DNA from: Treponema sp. UBA4307 | GTDB lineage: Bacteria; Spirochaetota; Spirochaetia; Treponematales; Treponemataceae | Direction: 5' to 3' | Assembly: GCA_002394685.1 (NCBI GenBank) | Contig: DGUP01000053.1 | Coordinates: 14,767-78,766, forward strand | DNA length: 64,000 nucleotides | Shown: one piece after another, positions 1-8,826 of the stretch | How the letters are laid out: each line of letters starts with the position of its first letter | Numbering within the stretch: position 1 is the stretch's first letter | Program-made: the position numbers and the translations under genes | Notes under the pieces: model-generated | The model's database searches: none | Seen by the model: only the letters and a program-made list of their open reading frames with translations | What the model was told of the DNA's origin: nothing

Positions 1-703
1 AGAATTTCCTTACAAAGTATTCCATGTGTTTCTGGCTGCAATGGCAAAGACAATCCGGCTGAGACCAAAAATGAATCAGTTCGTAAGAGGGCAGAGAATG
101 TGGGAACGGAAAGAACTGTCTGAAGCCTTTATGGTAAAAAAACAGTTTACTGATTCTGCAAAAGAGGGGATTGCCTATCTTACTTTTCCGGAAGCAGGGG
201 AAGAATGTAATCCTATTGAATTTGTTCATGAAAAACTATTCAAAATCATTTATCCTTTAAAGCATGGAGGCGGTGATTCTGCTTCCGATGCAATTGATAT
301 TCTGACAAAAATGCCTCACTGGGTTGTACGTTTTGTTATGAAGGTGATTGGCTGGCTGGATTTCCACGGAAGAGTTCCTGCAGGACTTATGAAGGGGGAT
401 CCTTCTTACGCAACGGTTTTCTTAACGAATCTTGGTTCCATTAAACTTAATGCAGGTTATCATCACTTGTCAGAGCGGGGATCAAATTCAATTTTTGTAA
501 CAGTTGGGGAATACCACGACGCTCCTTTCTATGACAAAAAAGGTAATGTGCACATGAAACAGGTTCTTGATCTGGGAATCACCCTGGATGAAAGAATTGC
601 TGACGGTTACTATTATTCCAGAACAATCAAATTATTAAAACATCTTTTAGCCCATCCTGAACTTCTGGAAGAAGATATTATGAACGAGGTTGATTATGAA
701 TAA
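1..703 (+). CDS. Stand-alone 2-oxoacid dehydrogenase E2-like acyltransferase catalytic domain protein (5' truncated by window)
   Basis: Frame is open from position 2 (EFPYKVFHVFLAAM...). It has E2-like motifs FLTNLGS and LGITLDERIADG. The stop overlaps the next ATG (ATGAATAA). Confidence 0.7.
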   Translation, partial: EFPYKVFHVFLAAMAKTIRLRPKMNQFVRGQRMWERKELSEAFMVKKQFTDSAKEGIAYLTFPEAGEECNPIEFVHEKLFKIIYPLKHGGGDSASDAIDILTKMPHWVVRFVMKVIGWLDFHGRVPAGLMKGDPSYATVFLTNLGSIKLNAGYHHLSERGSNSIFVTVGEYHDAPFYDKKGNVHMKQVLDLGITLDERIADGYYYSRTIKLLKHLLAHPELLEEDIMNEVDYE

Positions 704-2411
704 CAATGTAAAAACTCCATGGATGGACTCTTATGCAGATGTTCCTCCTCATCTTGAATATTCTAAACTTACAATGAGTGGAGAGCTGGAAGAAACAGTC
801 CGCAAGTATCCAAAAAATATTGCCTATTCTTTTATGGGCCGGGAAACCTGTTATTCAAAAGCCCTTGCAGAAATTCAGCGTTGTGCAAAAGCTCTTAAGG
901 CCCTTGGAATTAACGAAGGTGATAAGGTTACAATTTGTCTGCCGAACTGTCCTCAGGCTGTAACAATGTTTTACGCTGTTAATATGATTGGGGCTGTTTC
1001 AAATATGATTCATCCTCTGTCCAGCGAAAATGAAATTGTTTTTTATTTAAATGATTCTGAAAGCGTTGCTGCAATTACTCTGGATCAGTTCTACAATAAG
1101 TTTGATTCGATTAAAGAAAAAACTCCATATCTTAAACATCTTATTATTGCAAGTATTAAAGATGCACTGGGCCCTGTCAAAAAAGCAGGCTTTGCCCTTA
1201 CCCAGGGAAGAAAAATCCCGAAAGTAAAAGAAAGCGGTAATGTAATTCTGTGGAAAAATTTACTTAAAGGTGCAGCCGGTGTTACGGATTACAAAGTGCA
1301 GCGCAAAGCAGAAGATGGTGCTGTTATCCTTTATTCAGGGGGAACTACTGGAAAAACAAAGGGTATTCTTTTAAGCAACTTAAATTTCAATGCACTTGGT
1401 TCTCAGCTTGAAGCAATGTGCCACGGTTTTGAAACAGGTTGCCGTATGCTTGCAGTTATGCCTATGTTCCACGGATTCGGGCTTGGAGTTTCAATTCATA
1501 CAATGCTGATAAAAGGTGCCCGCTGTATTCTGGTGCCACGTTTTACTCCAAAGACTTATGCGAAACTTATTATGAAATGTAAGCCGAATTATATAGCAGG
1601 TGTGCCAAGTCTTTACGAAGCCCTTATTAGAAATAATTATTTAAAAAAGGCAAATCTTTCCTGCCTTAAAGGAATTTTCTCCGGCGGGGATTCCCTTTCA
1701 ATTGAGCTTAAAAAGAAATTTGATGCTTTCTTAAAAGAGCACAAGTGTGAGGTACGGGTTCGTGAAGGCTTTGGTTTAACTGAATGTGTTACGGCTTCAT
1801 GTCTTACTCCTTACAATAAGGAAAAAGAAGGAAGTATTGGTATTCCTCTGCCGGACATGTATTACAAAATCGTTAAGCCTGGTACAAGTGAAGAAGTCCC
1901 TTATGGTGAAGACGGAGAAATCTGTCTGGCAGGTCCAACGGTTATGATGGAATATGTAAATCAGCCTGAAGAAACGGCAAATACTTTGCGAAAACATGAA
2001 GACGGTTTGACCTGGGTTCATACAGGGGATTTAGGCTTTATGGATGAAGAAGGATTTATCTACTTTAAGCAAAGAATAAAAAGAATGATTGTTACCAACG
2101 GATATAATGTTTATCCAAGTCAGCTGGAAAATATCATTGATGCCCACGAAAAGGTTCAGATGTCCTGTGTAATTGGGGTAAAGGATCCTGTGAAGATTCA
2201 AAAGGTAAAAGCCTTCATCATGTTAAAGCCGGGAATTCCTGCAAGCGAAGAGGTAAAAAAAGAACTGATGGATTACTGCAGAAAAAACATCGCAAAATAT
2301 GCCATGCCGTATGATATTGAGTTCCGGGAAGAATTGCCTAAGACTCTTGTAGGAAAAGTTGCTTACAGAAAACTTGAAGAAGAAGAGTTGAAAAAGGCTG
2401 TAAATCAGTAG
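696..2411 (+). CDS. Long-chain fatty acid-CoA ligase (AMP-binding)
   Basis: P-loop YSGGTTGKTKG, EGFGLTE, HTGD and KTLVGK motifs. GAGGT RBS before ATG 696. Confidence 0.9.
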   Translation: MNNNVKTPWMDSYADVPPHLEYSKLTMSGELEETVRKYPKNIAYSFMGRETCYSKALAEIQRCAKALKALGINEGDKVTICLPNCPQAVTMFYAVNMIGAVSNMIHPLSSENEIVFYLNDSESVAAITLDQFYNKFDSIKEKTPYLKHLIIASIKDALGPVKKAGFALTQGRKIPKVKESGNVILWKNLLKGAAGVTDYKVQRKAEDGAVILYSGGTTGKTKGILLSNLNFNALGSQLEAMCHGFETGCRMLAVMPMFHGFGLGVSIHTMLIKGARCILVPRFTPKTYAKLIMKCKPNYIAGVPSLYEALIRNNYLKKANLSCLKGIFSGGDSLSIELKKKFDAFLKEHKCEVRVREGFGLTECVTASCLTPYNKEKEGSIGIPLPDMYYKIVKPGTSEEVPYGEDGEICLAGPTVMMEYVNQPEETANTLRKHEDGLTWVHTGDLGFMDEEGFIYFKQRIKRMIVTNGYNVYPSQLENIIDAHEKVQMSCVIGVKDPVKIQKVKAFIMLKPGIPASEEVKKELMDYCRKNIAKYAMPYDIEFREELPKTLVGKVAYRKLEEEELKKAVNQ

Positions 2412-2517
2412 AAAAAATTAATTTGTGGCCGTCGCTTAAAATGTGGCGGCCCTTATGATTTTTATACTTGAAGGAGTTTTGCCTCCTGCATAAATACTTA
2501 CGGGGAGATTTAAGGAG

Positions 2518-4224
2518 ATGACAATGTTTTTCAGAAAAAAGAAATCATTTTTTTCAGTTTGTTTACTTTTGCTTTTGTCTTTTAGTTCAAATTTTTATGC
2601 ACAAGGAAAAGCGGTTCCTGCTCCATTTAACAGGGGCGTCAATTTAACCGGCTGGTTTGAAATCTGGCAGAAAGGAATCCCTGATTTGAATAAATACACT
2701 TATCAGGATTTTCTGAACTTGAAAGAGCTGGGGGGTGATGTAATTCGTCTTCCTGTACATTTTAGTATGATGCTTAAGGATGAAAAGTCTTGTCAGGTTG
2801 AAGATATTGTCTGGGATTATCTTGATAAAGCCTGCGACTGGGCCGAAGAGTTGAAAATTCATCTGATAATTGATAATCATTCCTTTAACAGTGGAAAATA
2901 TCCTTCAGCAAAAACTGTAGAAAAACATTTACAGCAAATATGGCCTCAGATTGCTAAACGCTATAAAGACAGAAGTCAGTATATTCTTTACGAAATTCTG
3001 AACGAGCCTCAGATAAGTCATGGTGACTGGAGTAAGATACAAAGTGAAATTGTTACTCTTATCAGAAAGTTCGATAAGAAACATACAATTATTGTTACTG
3101 GTGCAGACTGGGGAGGAAGGGATGGTCTTTTAAAATTAAAGCCTCTTTCGGATAAGAATTTAATTTATTCCTTCCATTACTACGATCCATTTTTCTTTAC
3201 ACATCAGGGGGCCAGCTGGTGCGATGATGCAGTGTCTGCTCTGAAAAATATTCCATTTCCTTACAATCAGGAAAAAATGCCGGAACTGGAAGGTGCCGCA
3301 AAAGGAAGTTATCTGGAATATAATTTCAAAAATCAATATCCTCTTGAATCCAGCGAAGAATTTATGAGAAAGAATCTTCAGACTGTTGTGGATTTTTCCA
3401 TAAAAAATAATGTTCCTGTTTATGTAGGAGAATTTGGTGTTTACGATTATGTATCTCCAGTTGAAGACAGAAATGTATGGTTTGAAACTGTGGGAAAACT
3501 TTTTCAGGAATTAGGATTTCCATACACTGTGTGGGGTTATGACTCATCCTTTTCATTTTTTGAAAAAGACAAACATACTTATCCTGATGATTTGAATCCG
3601 CGGATTTTAAAAGCTCTTGGTTTTAATGTTCCTGAGGGGGCAGGTCATCCTTCAAAGAAAGCAGAAGTAAAAAAAGAACTGCCTCTTGTAATTTATGAAG
3701 AGTTATTCAGCAGTGCGGTAAGATCTTCCTTCTGGTCTTCAAATCCAAAAGCTGCAATGAAAATTGTGGGAGGTAAATGTCCCCAGGGAAAATACTATTG
3801 TTCATTCAGCAATATGAAGCGCTATGAAAGTTTTACCTTTTATTTTAAGGACACGGATTTGTCTTTTGCAGGTAAAGATTTTGAAAATACTTACATTCAT
3901 TTTTATATAAAGACAGAATCCAGAGAACAGAAAATACAGCTGCGTTTTTTGAATAAGGATGGAGAAAATGAAATTCCATGGCGCTTGTCTTATAATCTGC
4001 CTTTAAAGAATTATGAGCCGGGGGAGTGGGTTTTAGTAGAAATTCCTTTAAGAGATTTTCGTATTACAGGAGCATGGTCCGGTGCCCAGGGAGGCAAGTG
4101 GTATAATCCGGATAAAAATGTTACATTCAACTGGTCTAAAGTTGAACGTATGGATTTTGCAGCGGAAGAGGATGAGCTTAAAGGTGTTCTTGCTTTAGAC
4201 GATATTAAAATCATCAGGAAGTAA
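2518..4224 (+). CDS. Secreted GH5 glycoside hydrolase (cellulase family) with C-terminal carbohydrate-binding-like domain
   Basis: Signal peptide; RGVNL, ILNEP (acid/base), HYYDPF and VGEFG (nucleophile) motifs; C-terminal beta-sandwich with GEWVLVEIPLRDF. Confidence 0.85.
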   Translation: MTMFFRKKKSFFSVCLLLLLSFSSNFYAQGKAVPAPFNRGVNLTGWFEIWQKGIPDLNKYTYQDFLNLKELGGDVIRLPVHFSMMLKDEKSCQVEDIVWDYLDKACDWAEELKIHLIIDNHSFNSGKYPSAKTVEKHLQQIWPQIAKRYKDRSQYILYEILNEPQISHGDWSKIQSEIVTLIRKFDKKHTIIVTGADWGGRDGLLKLKPLSDKNLIYSFHYYDPFFFTHQGASWCDDAVSALKNIPFPYNQEKMPELEGAAKGSYLEYNFKNQYPLESSEEFMRKNLQTVVDFSIKNNVPVYVGEFGVYDYVSPVEDRNVWFETVGKLFQELGFPYTVWGYDSSFSFFEKDKHTYPDDLNPRILKALGFNVPEGAGHPSKKAEVKKELPLVIYEELFSSAVRSSFWSSNPKAAMKIVGGKCPQGKYYCSFSNMKRYESFTFYFKDTDLSFAGKDFENTYIHFYIKTESREQKIQLRFLNKDGENEIPWRLSYNLPLKNYEPGEWVLVEIPLRDFRITGAWSGAQGGKWYNPDKNVTFNWSKVERMDFAAEEDELKGVLALDDIKIIRK

Positions 4225-4233
4225 AGAATTTTC

Positions 4234-4713
4234 GTGAAAGACCCTTTTTATAAAAACGGATTAAAATTTTCCTGCCGGCGCTGTTCTTTCTGTTGTGGTC
4301 ACGGTCCGGGTTTTGTTTATCTCTCTAAAAGGGATTTAAGTGAACTTTGTAAATTTTTCAAGCTGACCATAAAGGAATTTGTTGAAGGTTACTGCAGGTG
4401 GGCTGATTATTACGGCGGAACAAAAGTTCTGGCACTCTTTGAAAAAAAGAATTTCGATTGTGTTTTGTGGAAGAATGGATGTTCTGCCTATCCTGCCAGA
4501 CCGGTGCAGTGTTCAACTTATCCTTTCTGGTCCTGGATGGTAAATGACAAGGCTGTCTGGGATGACTGTGCAAAAGATTGTCCCGGTATGAATCAGGGAG
4601 AGCTCTGGCCGGCAGAATATATTGATGAAATGAAGAAAAAATATGACGACAACAAGCCTCTTTACAAGGAAGAAGTGGAAAAACTTATGGAGGAAGAAGA
4701 GAAGTTTTCCTGA
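4234..4713 (+). CDS. YkgJ family cysteine-cluster protein
   Basis: CRRCSFCC, then C-x-YPARPVQCSTYPFW and CPGM; GTG start. Confidence 0.85.
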   Translation: MKDPFYKNGLKFSCRRCSFCCGHGPGFVYLSKRDLSELCKFFKLTIKEFVEGYCRWADYYGGTKVLALFEKKNFDCVLWKNGCSAYPARPVQCSTYPFWSWMVNDKAVWDDCAKDCPGMNQGELWPAEYIDEMKKKYDDNKPLYKEEVEKLMEEEEKFS

Positions 4714-4814
4714 AAGGTGTGGCTTTAGGTTCTTTCCCCTCACAAATCTTGATAAAAAGTATTGACGATAGAGTTAGAATTTAATAACTTTTATCTCAAA
4801 CAGGTTTTTACGTC

Positions 4815-5114
4815 ATGAAAACAAACAATAGAAAAAATGCTTTCAGTTTACTCATTACACTTTTGCTCATCCTGAGTATGATGTTTTCTGTTGTATACCT
4901 GGCTCATAATCTTCACCATGACTGTACCCATGATGATGATTGTGAAGTTTGTCTGATTATTCGTACAGTTGAAAGCAATATTTCAGACAATAGTCTTACT
5001 GTAATCCTTGTATCAATTCAGGTCTTTCTTGCTGTCCTTGCAGTTATTATAAAATCAAAGACCTGGTTTAAATCACTTTCCCTTGTTGAATTAAAAGAAA
5101 AAGCCAGCTGTTGA
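4815..5114 (+). CDS. Small two-helix membrane protein with His/Cys metal-binding loop, first gene of metal ABC operon
   Basis: HNLHHDCTHDDDCEVC between two hydrophobic segments; candidate promoter TTGACG-N17-TAACTT upstream. Confidence 0.6.
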   Translation: MKTNNRKNAFSLLITLLLILSMMFSVVYLAHNLHHDCTHDDDCEVCLIIRTVESNISDNSLTVILVSIQVFLAVLAVIIKSKTWFKSLSLVELKEKASC

Positions 5115-5176
5115 TTTTAATTTTATCCTCACAATCGTTTGCAAAAAAAATTAAAATTCAATTATAAGGAATTATT

Positions 5177-6229
5177 ATGTCTAAGAAATTTTTTCTCGCT
5201 GGTGCAGTGATTTGTGCTGCATTGTTATTAAATATTTCATGTAATAAAAGTACAGATGAATCAAAAAAAGATTCTAAAACAACAGAGCTTACAATTGTAA
5301 GTACAATCTTCCCTGAATATGATTGGATGGTTAATCTTACAGCAGGTACACCTGTAAAAAATGAACTTTTGATTTCTAATGGAGTTGACCTTCATAGTTA
5401 TCAGGCTTCAGTTCAGGATATTATTAAAATTGCAGAAAGCGATATGTTCATCTACGTTGGAGGTGAGTCTGATTTCTGGGTAGATGATGTCCTTGAAAAT
5501 CATAAAAACGTTAAGGGTGTAAAACTTCTGGAACTTATTAAGGATGATGTTAAGGAAGAAGAAGTTGTAGAAGGAATGCAGGCTGAAGAGGAAGAAGACG
5601 AAGACGCTGAAGAACATCATCACGAAGATGAAGAAGATGAAGAAAGCGAAGAAGATCATCACACCCATCACCATCATGACGAAGATGAAGTGGAATATGA
5701 TGAACACGTCTGGCTTTCAGTTCGCCTGGCAAACAAACTCTGTGCTGCTTTAACAGAAAAACTTGTTGAACTTGATCCTGCAAACGAATCAATTTACAGA
5801 GCAAATTATGCAAAGTATTCAGCAGAACTTACTTCACTTGATAAAGAATATGAAAGCGTAATTAATGAAGAAAATAGAAAAACTGTTCTTTTTGCAGACC
5901 GCTTTCCTTTCAGATACATGACAGATGATTACGGATTAAATTATTACGCAGCCTTTGTTGGATGCTCTGCAGAAACTGCTGCAAGTTTCGAAACAATGGC
6001 TTTCCTTACACAGAAAGTTGATGAACTTAAGCTCCATGTAATTCTGGTACTGGAAAAATCTGATTGTAAAATAGCAGATACTGTTATTGAAAACACAAAT
6101 GCTAAAGATCAGAAGGTAATGGAAATGGATTCAATTCAGTCTGTTACTGTTGCAGATATGAGTGCAGGAAAAACTTATCTTTCTTCAATGAAGAAAAATC
6201 TTGAAACATTAAAAGAAGCTCTTAAATAG
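5177..6229 (+). CDS. znuA: Zn/Mn ABC transporter substrate-binding lipoprotein (ZnuA/AdcA-like)
   Basis: Lipobox LNISC, GVDLHSY, acidic/His-rich loop, DEHVWLS. Confidence 0.88.
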   Translation: MSKKFFLAGAVICAALLLNISCNKSTDESKKDSKTTELTIVSTIFPEYDWMVNLTAGTPVKNELLISNGVDLHSYQASVQDIIKIAESDMFIYVGGESDFWVDDVLENHKNVKGVKLLELIKDDVKEEEVVEGMQAEEEEDEDAEEHHHEDEEDEESEEDHHTHHHHDEDEVEYDEHVWLSVRLANKLCAALTEKLVELDPANESIYRANYAKYSAELTSLDKEYESVINEENRKTVLFADRFPFRYMTDDYGLNYYAAFVGCSAETAASFETMAFLTQKVDELKLHVILVLEKSDCKIADTVIENTNAKDQKVMEMDSIQSVTVADMSAGKTYLSSMKKNLETLKEALK

Positions 6230-6238
6230 GAGAATGGA

Positions 6239-6883
6239 ATGGTTCTTTTGGAATGTAAAAATCTTTCTATCGGCTACGAAAAAAAAGTAATCCAGAAAGG
6301 TATCAACTTCAAAATAGAAAAGGAGGATTATCTCTTTATTCTTGGAGAAAATGGTACAGGTAAGTCCACATTAATCAAAACTCTTCTTGGATTTATTAGA
6401 CCTCTGGCTGGAGAAATTATTGTTTCAAAAGAATTAAAATCCTCCTTTATTGGCTATCTTCCCCAGACTAATGCAGAACAGAAAGATTTTCCTGCAACGG
6501 TCTGGGAGATAGTTCTTTCAGGATGCCAGGGCCGTCTCGGGTTGAGACCCTTCTATTCAAAAAAAGAAAAAGAGAGGGCTCTGGAGAATCTGAAAAAACT
6601 TGGAATGGACAAGTACAGGAATAAATCTTTCAGGGAGCTTTCAGGAGGCCAGCAGCAGAGAGTTCTTCTTGCCAGGGCCTTGTGTGCAGCAGATGATTTT
6701 CTGCTTCTGGATGAGCCGGTAAAAGGATTTGATCCTAAAATTACTGAAGAAATGTATGCTTTAATTGAAGAACTAAATAAAAAAGGAATGACAATTGTAA
6801 TGATCAGTCACGACTTAAACGCAGCAAAAAAATATGCAAAACATACGCTGGTTCTGGAAAGGGACAGGAGTCTGGAAATATGA
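6239..6883 (+). CDS. znuC: Metal ABC transporter ATP-binding protein
   Basis: GENGTGKS, LSGGQQQR, LLLDEP, ISHD. Confidence 0.88.
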   Translation: MVLLECKNLSIGYEKKVIQKGINFKIEKEDYLFILGENGTGKSTLIKTLLGFIRPLAGEIIVSKELKSSFIGYLPQTNAEQKDFPATVWEIVLSGCQGRLGLRPFYSKKEKERALENLKKLGMDKYRNKSFRELSGGQQQRVLLARALCAADDFLLLDEPVKGFDPKITEEMYALIEELNKKGMTIVMISHDLNAAKKYAKHTLVLERDRSLEI

Positions 6884-7728
6884 TTGAAATATTCAGTAAA
6901 CTTCAAACCTATTTTTCCTACTCTTTTGTTCAGTATGCCCTAATAACAGGAGTGCTGATTGCGTTTTGTTCTTCACTCCTTGGAGTAAATCTTGTACTCA
7001 AACGCTTTTCCTACATAGGTGACGGATTAAGTCATGTTGCCTTTGGGGCACTTTCAATAGCCACAATCCTTAAACTGACAAATACAATGTTTATTGTTAT
7101 GCCGGTTACTGTCGTGCTTGCAGTTGTAATTTTATGTGCCAGAGAAAACTCAAAAATTAAAGGTGACGCTGCTATTGCCATGCTTTCAGTGGGCGCTCTT
7201 GCAGTTGGTTATCTGTTGCGAAATATTTTTGCACCTCCTGCAAATTTAAGTGGAGATGTATGCAGCACCCTTTTTGGTTCTACATTGATTTTAACTCTTT
7301 CAAAAGGTGAAGTAATTCTTTCCATTATACTTTCAGTTTGTGTGATTTTATTTTACGTATTATTTTACAATAAAATTTTTGCAGTAACTTTTGATCAGAC
7401 TTTTTCTTCGGCCAGCGGAATTAATGTTAAAGTTTACAATATTCTTATGGCTGTATTTGTTGCAGTTATAATCGTTCTTGCAATGAATCTGGTTGGGTCA
7501 CTGCTTATTTCTGCCCTGATTATTTTCCCTGCAGTTTCTGCAATGCTGCTTTTCAAAAGCTTTAAATCTGTTACAATATTCGCTGCAATATTTTCTGTAA
7601 TTTGTGCAGCAGCAGGTATTGTAACTGGAATTCTGGCAGGCACGCCGGTTGGGCCTACAATCGTTGCGGTGGATATTGTGGGATTCTCTGTTTGTAAAAT
7701 TGTTAGTCTTATAAAGATGAAATTATAA
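6880..7728 (+). CDS. znuB: Metal ABC transporter permease (ABC-3)
   Basis: GDGLSHVAFGA motif, multiple TM helices, ATGA overlap with the previous gene. Confidence 0.88.
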   Translation: MIEIFSKLQTYFSYSFVQYALITGVLIAFCSSLLGVNLVLKRFSYIGDGLSHVAFGALSIATILKLTNTMFIVMPVTVVLAVVILCARENSKIKGDAAIAMLSVGALAVGYLLRNIFAPPANLSGDVCSTLFGSTLILTLSKGEVILSIILSVCVILFYVLFYNKIFAVTFDQTFSSASGINVKVYNILMAVFVAVIIVLAMNLVGSLLISALIIFPAVSAMLLFKSFKSVTIFAAIFSVICAAAGIVTGILAGTPVGPTIVAVDIVGFSVCKIVSLIKMKL

Positions 7729-7746
7729 TTGAAGGGGATTTTCTTC

Positions 7747-8403
7747 ATGAAAGCAAAAAGATTTTTGAACTGTATATTGCTCGGTGTTATGGCGGAACTT
7801 ATTATTTTAAGCGCTTCCTGTTCTGGAAAAGATAATAAAATCAGTATGCCTTCAGGAGGAAATAATTCTGTGTCCGATATAATCAGCCGGCAAATGCAGG
7901 AGGAAAATCCTCCATATGAAGAATATCCCCTGGATGAAGAAGGCTATTATCCGGAAGAAGATGAAGAAGCTGAAGATTATGTTGATATAGTTTCTGAAAT
8001 TCTTAAAGAAAAGAAATGGTCTTCCCAGCGTCTTGCCTCTTTAGCTGAATGGGATAAATTGAAGGTTGATATTGATTTCAGTCAGATGAATTTTATTGTA
8101 GCCCAGGGACAGGTGTTTGATATGATGCTTGATGCCCAGTCCTACAATGGTATGACTACAAAAATAAATGGAAAATTTGTTTCTCAGGAAAGTCCCTATG
8201 GTAGAACATATGCTGCCCTCTATTACGATGCAACAGCCTGCTGTCAAACTGGGCTGTCCTTTATAATCAATGACGGTCTGGTTTTTCCAAAGGATTATCC
8301 TGAGGAGATGGAAGATATTGCAATTTACGGCACAATTCGAGTTGCACAGATTCAGGGAATGGAATTTATGTATGTAGAAGTTGCAAAATACTTCTTTGAA
8401 TAG
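7747..8403 (+). CDS. Lipoprotein with Cys-Cys motif, last gene of the metal transporter operon
   Basis: Lipobox SASC, acidic linker, YYDATACCQTGLSF. Start refined to ATG 7747. Confidence 0.6.
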   Translation: MKAKRFLNCILLGVMAELIILSASCSGKDNKISMPSGGNNSVSDIISRQMQEENPPYEEYPLDEEGYYPEEDEEAEDYVDIVSEILKEKKWSSQRLASLAEWDKLKVDIDFSQMNFIVAQGQVFDMMLDAQSYNGMTTKINGKFVSQESPYGRTYAALYYDATACCQTGLSFIINDGLVFPKDYPEEMEDIAIYGTIRVAQIQGMEFMYVEVAKYFFE

Positions 8404-8437
8404 AATCTGCCGGAGTGCCGGAGAAAGCCTATTGAAT

Positions 8438-8466
8438 AAAAAAAAGCCAGCGTACTTGACGCCGGC
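8438..8466 (-). terminator. Intrinsic terminator oriented for a minus-strand transcript
   Basis: Minus strand reads GCCGGCGT-caagt-ACGCTGGC-T8. There is no U-tract on the plus strand. Confidence 0.6.
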
Positions 8467-8826
8467 CGCACATTAAAAAAAGTAAACCTGAACAATCAGG
8501 AACAATGTTCATAAGAGGCTCACTTTTTTAAATCAATATTATTACTAAACACAATACTATCACCGTGAGAGTCATTTGTAAAGAATAACATTTTGTTTAA
8601 AATTAGGATTTTTTTGTTGTAATAACTAATTTATTGTTATTTAACTATACAAGTGTACTGTAAAAGAGAAATTTCAGTCCTTTAATTGATGCATTTTTTT
8701 ATAACAGCTATTTTTTTTGATAATTCAATAAATATGAAATATAATTTAATATCATTACAGTAATATTGTAAAATGTCCGATAAATATTAATAATATAGAA
8801 AACTTTTTTTTCTGAGGATTGGAGAG

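Noticed and set aside
5575-5700. His/acidic low-complexity stretch as a novel repeat
   Set aside because: This is the standard His-rich loop of ZnuA/AdcA proteins.
8429-8512. Minus-strand 27-aa ORF MNIVPDCSG...
   Set aside because: It runs through the terminator and has no convincing RBS.
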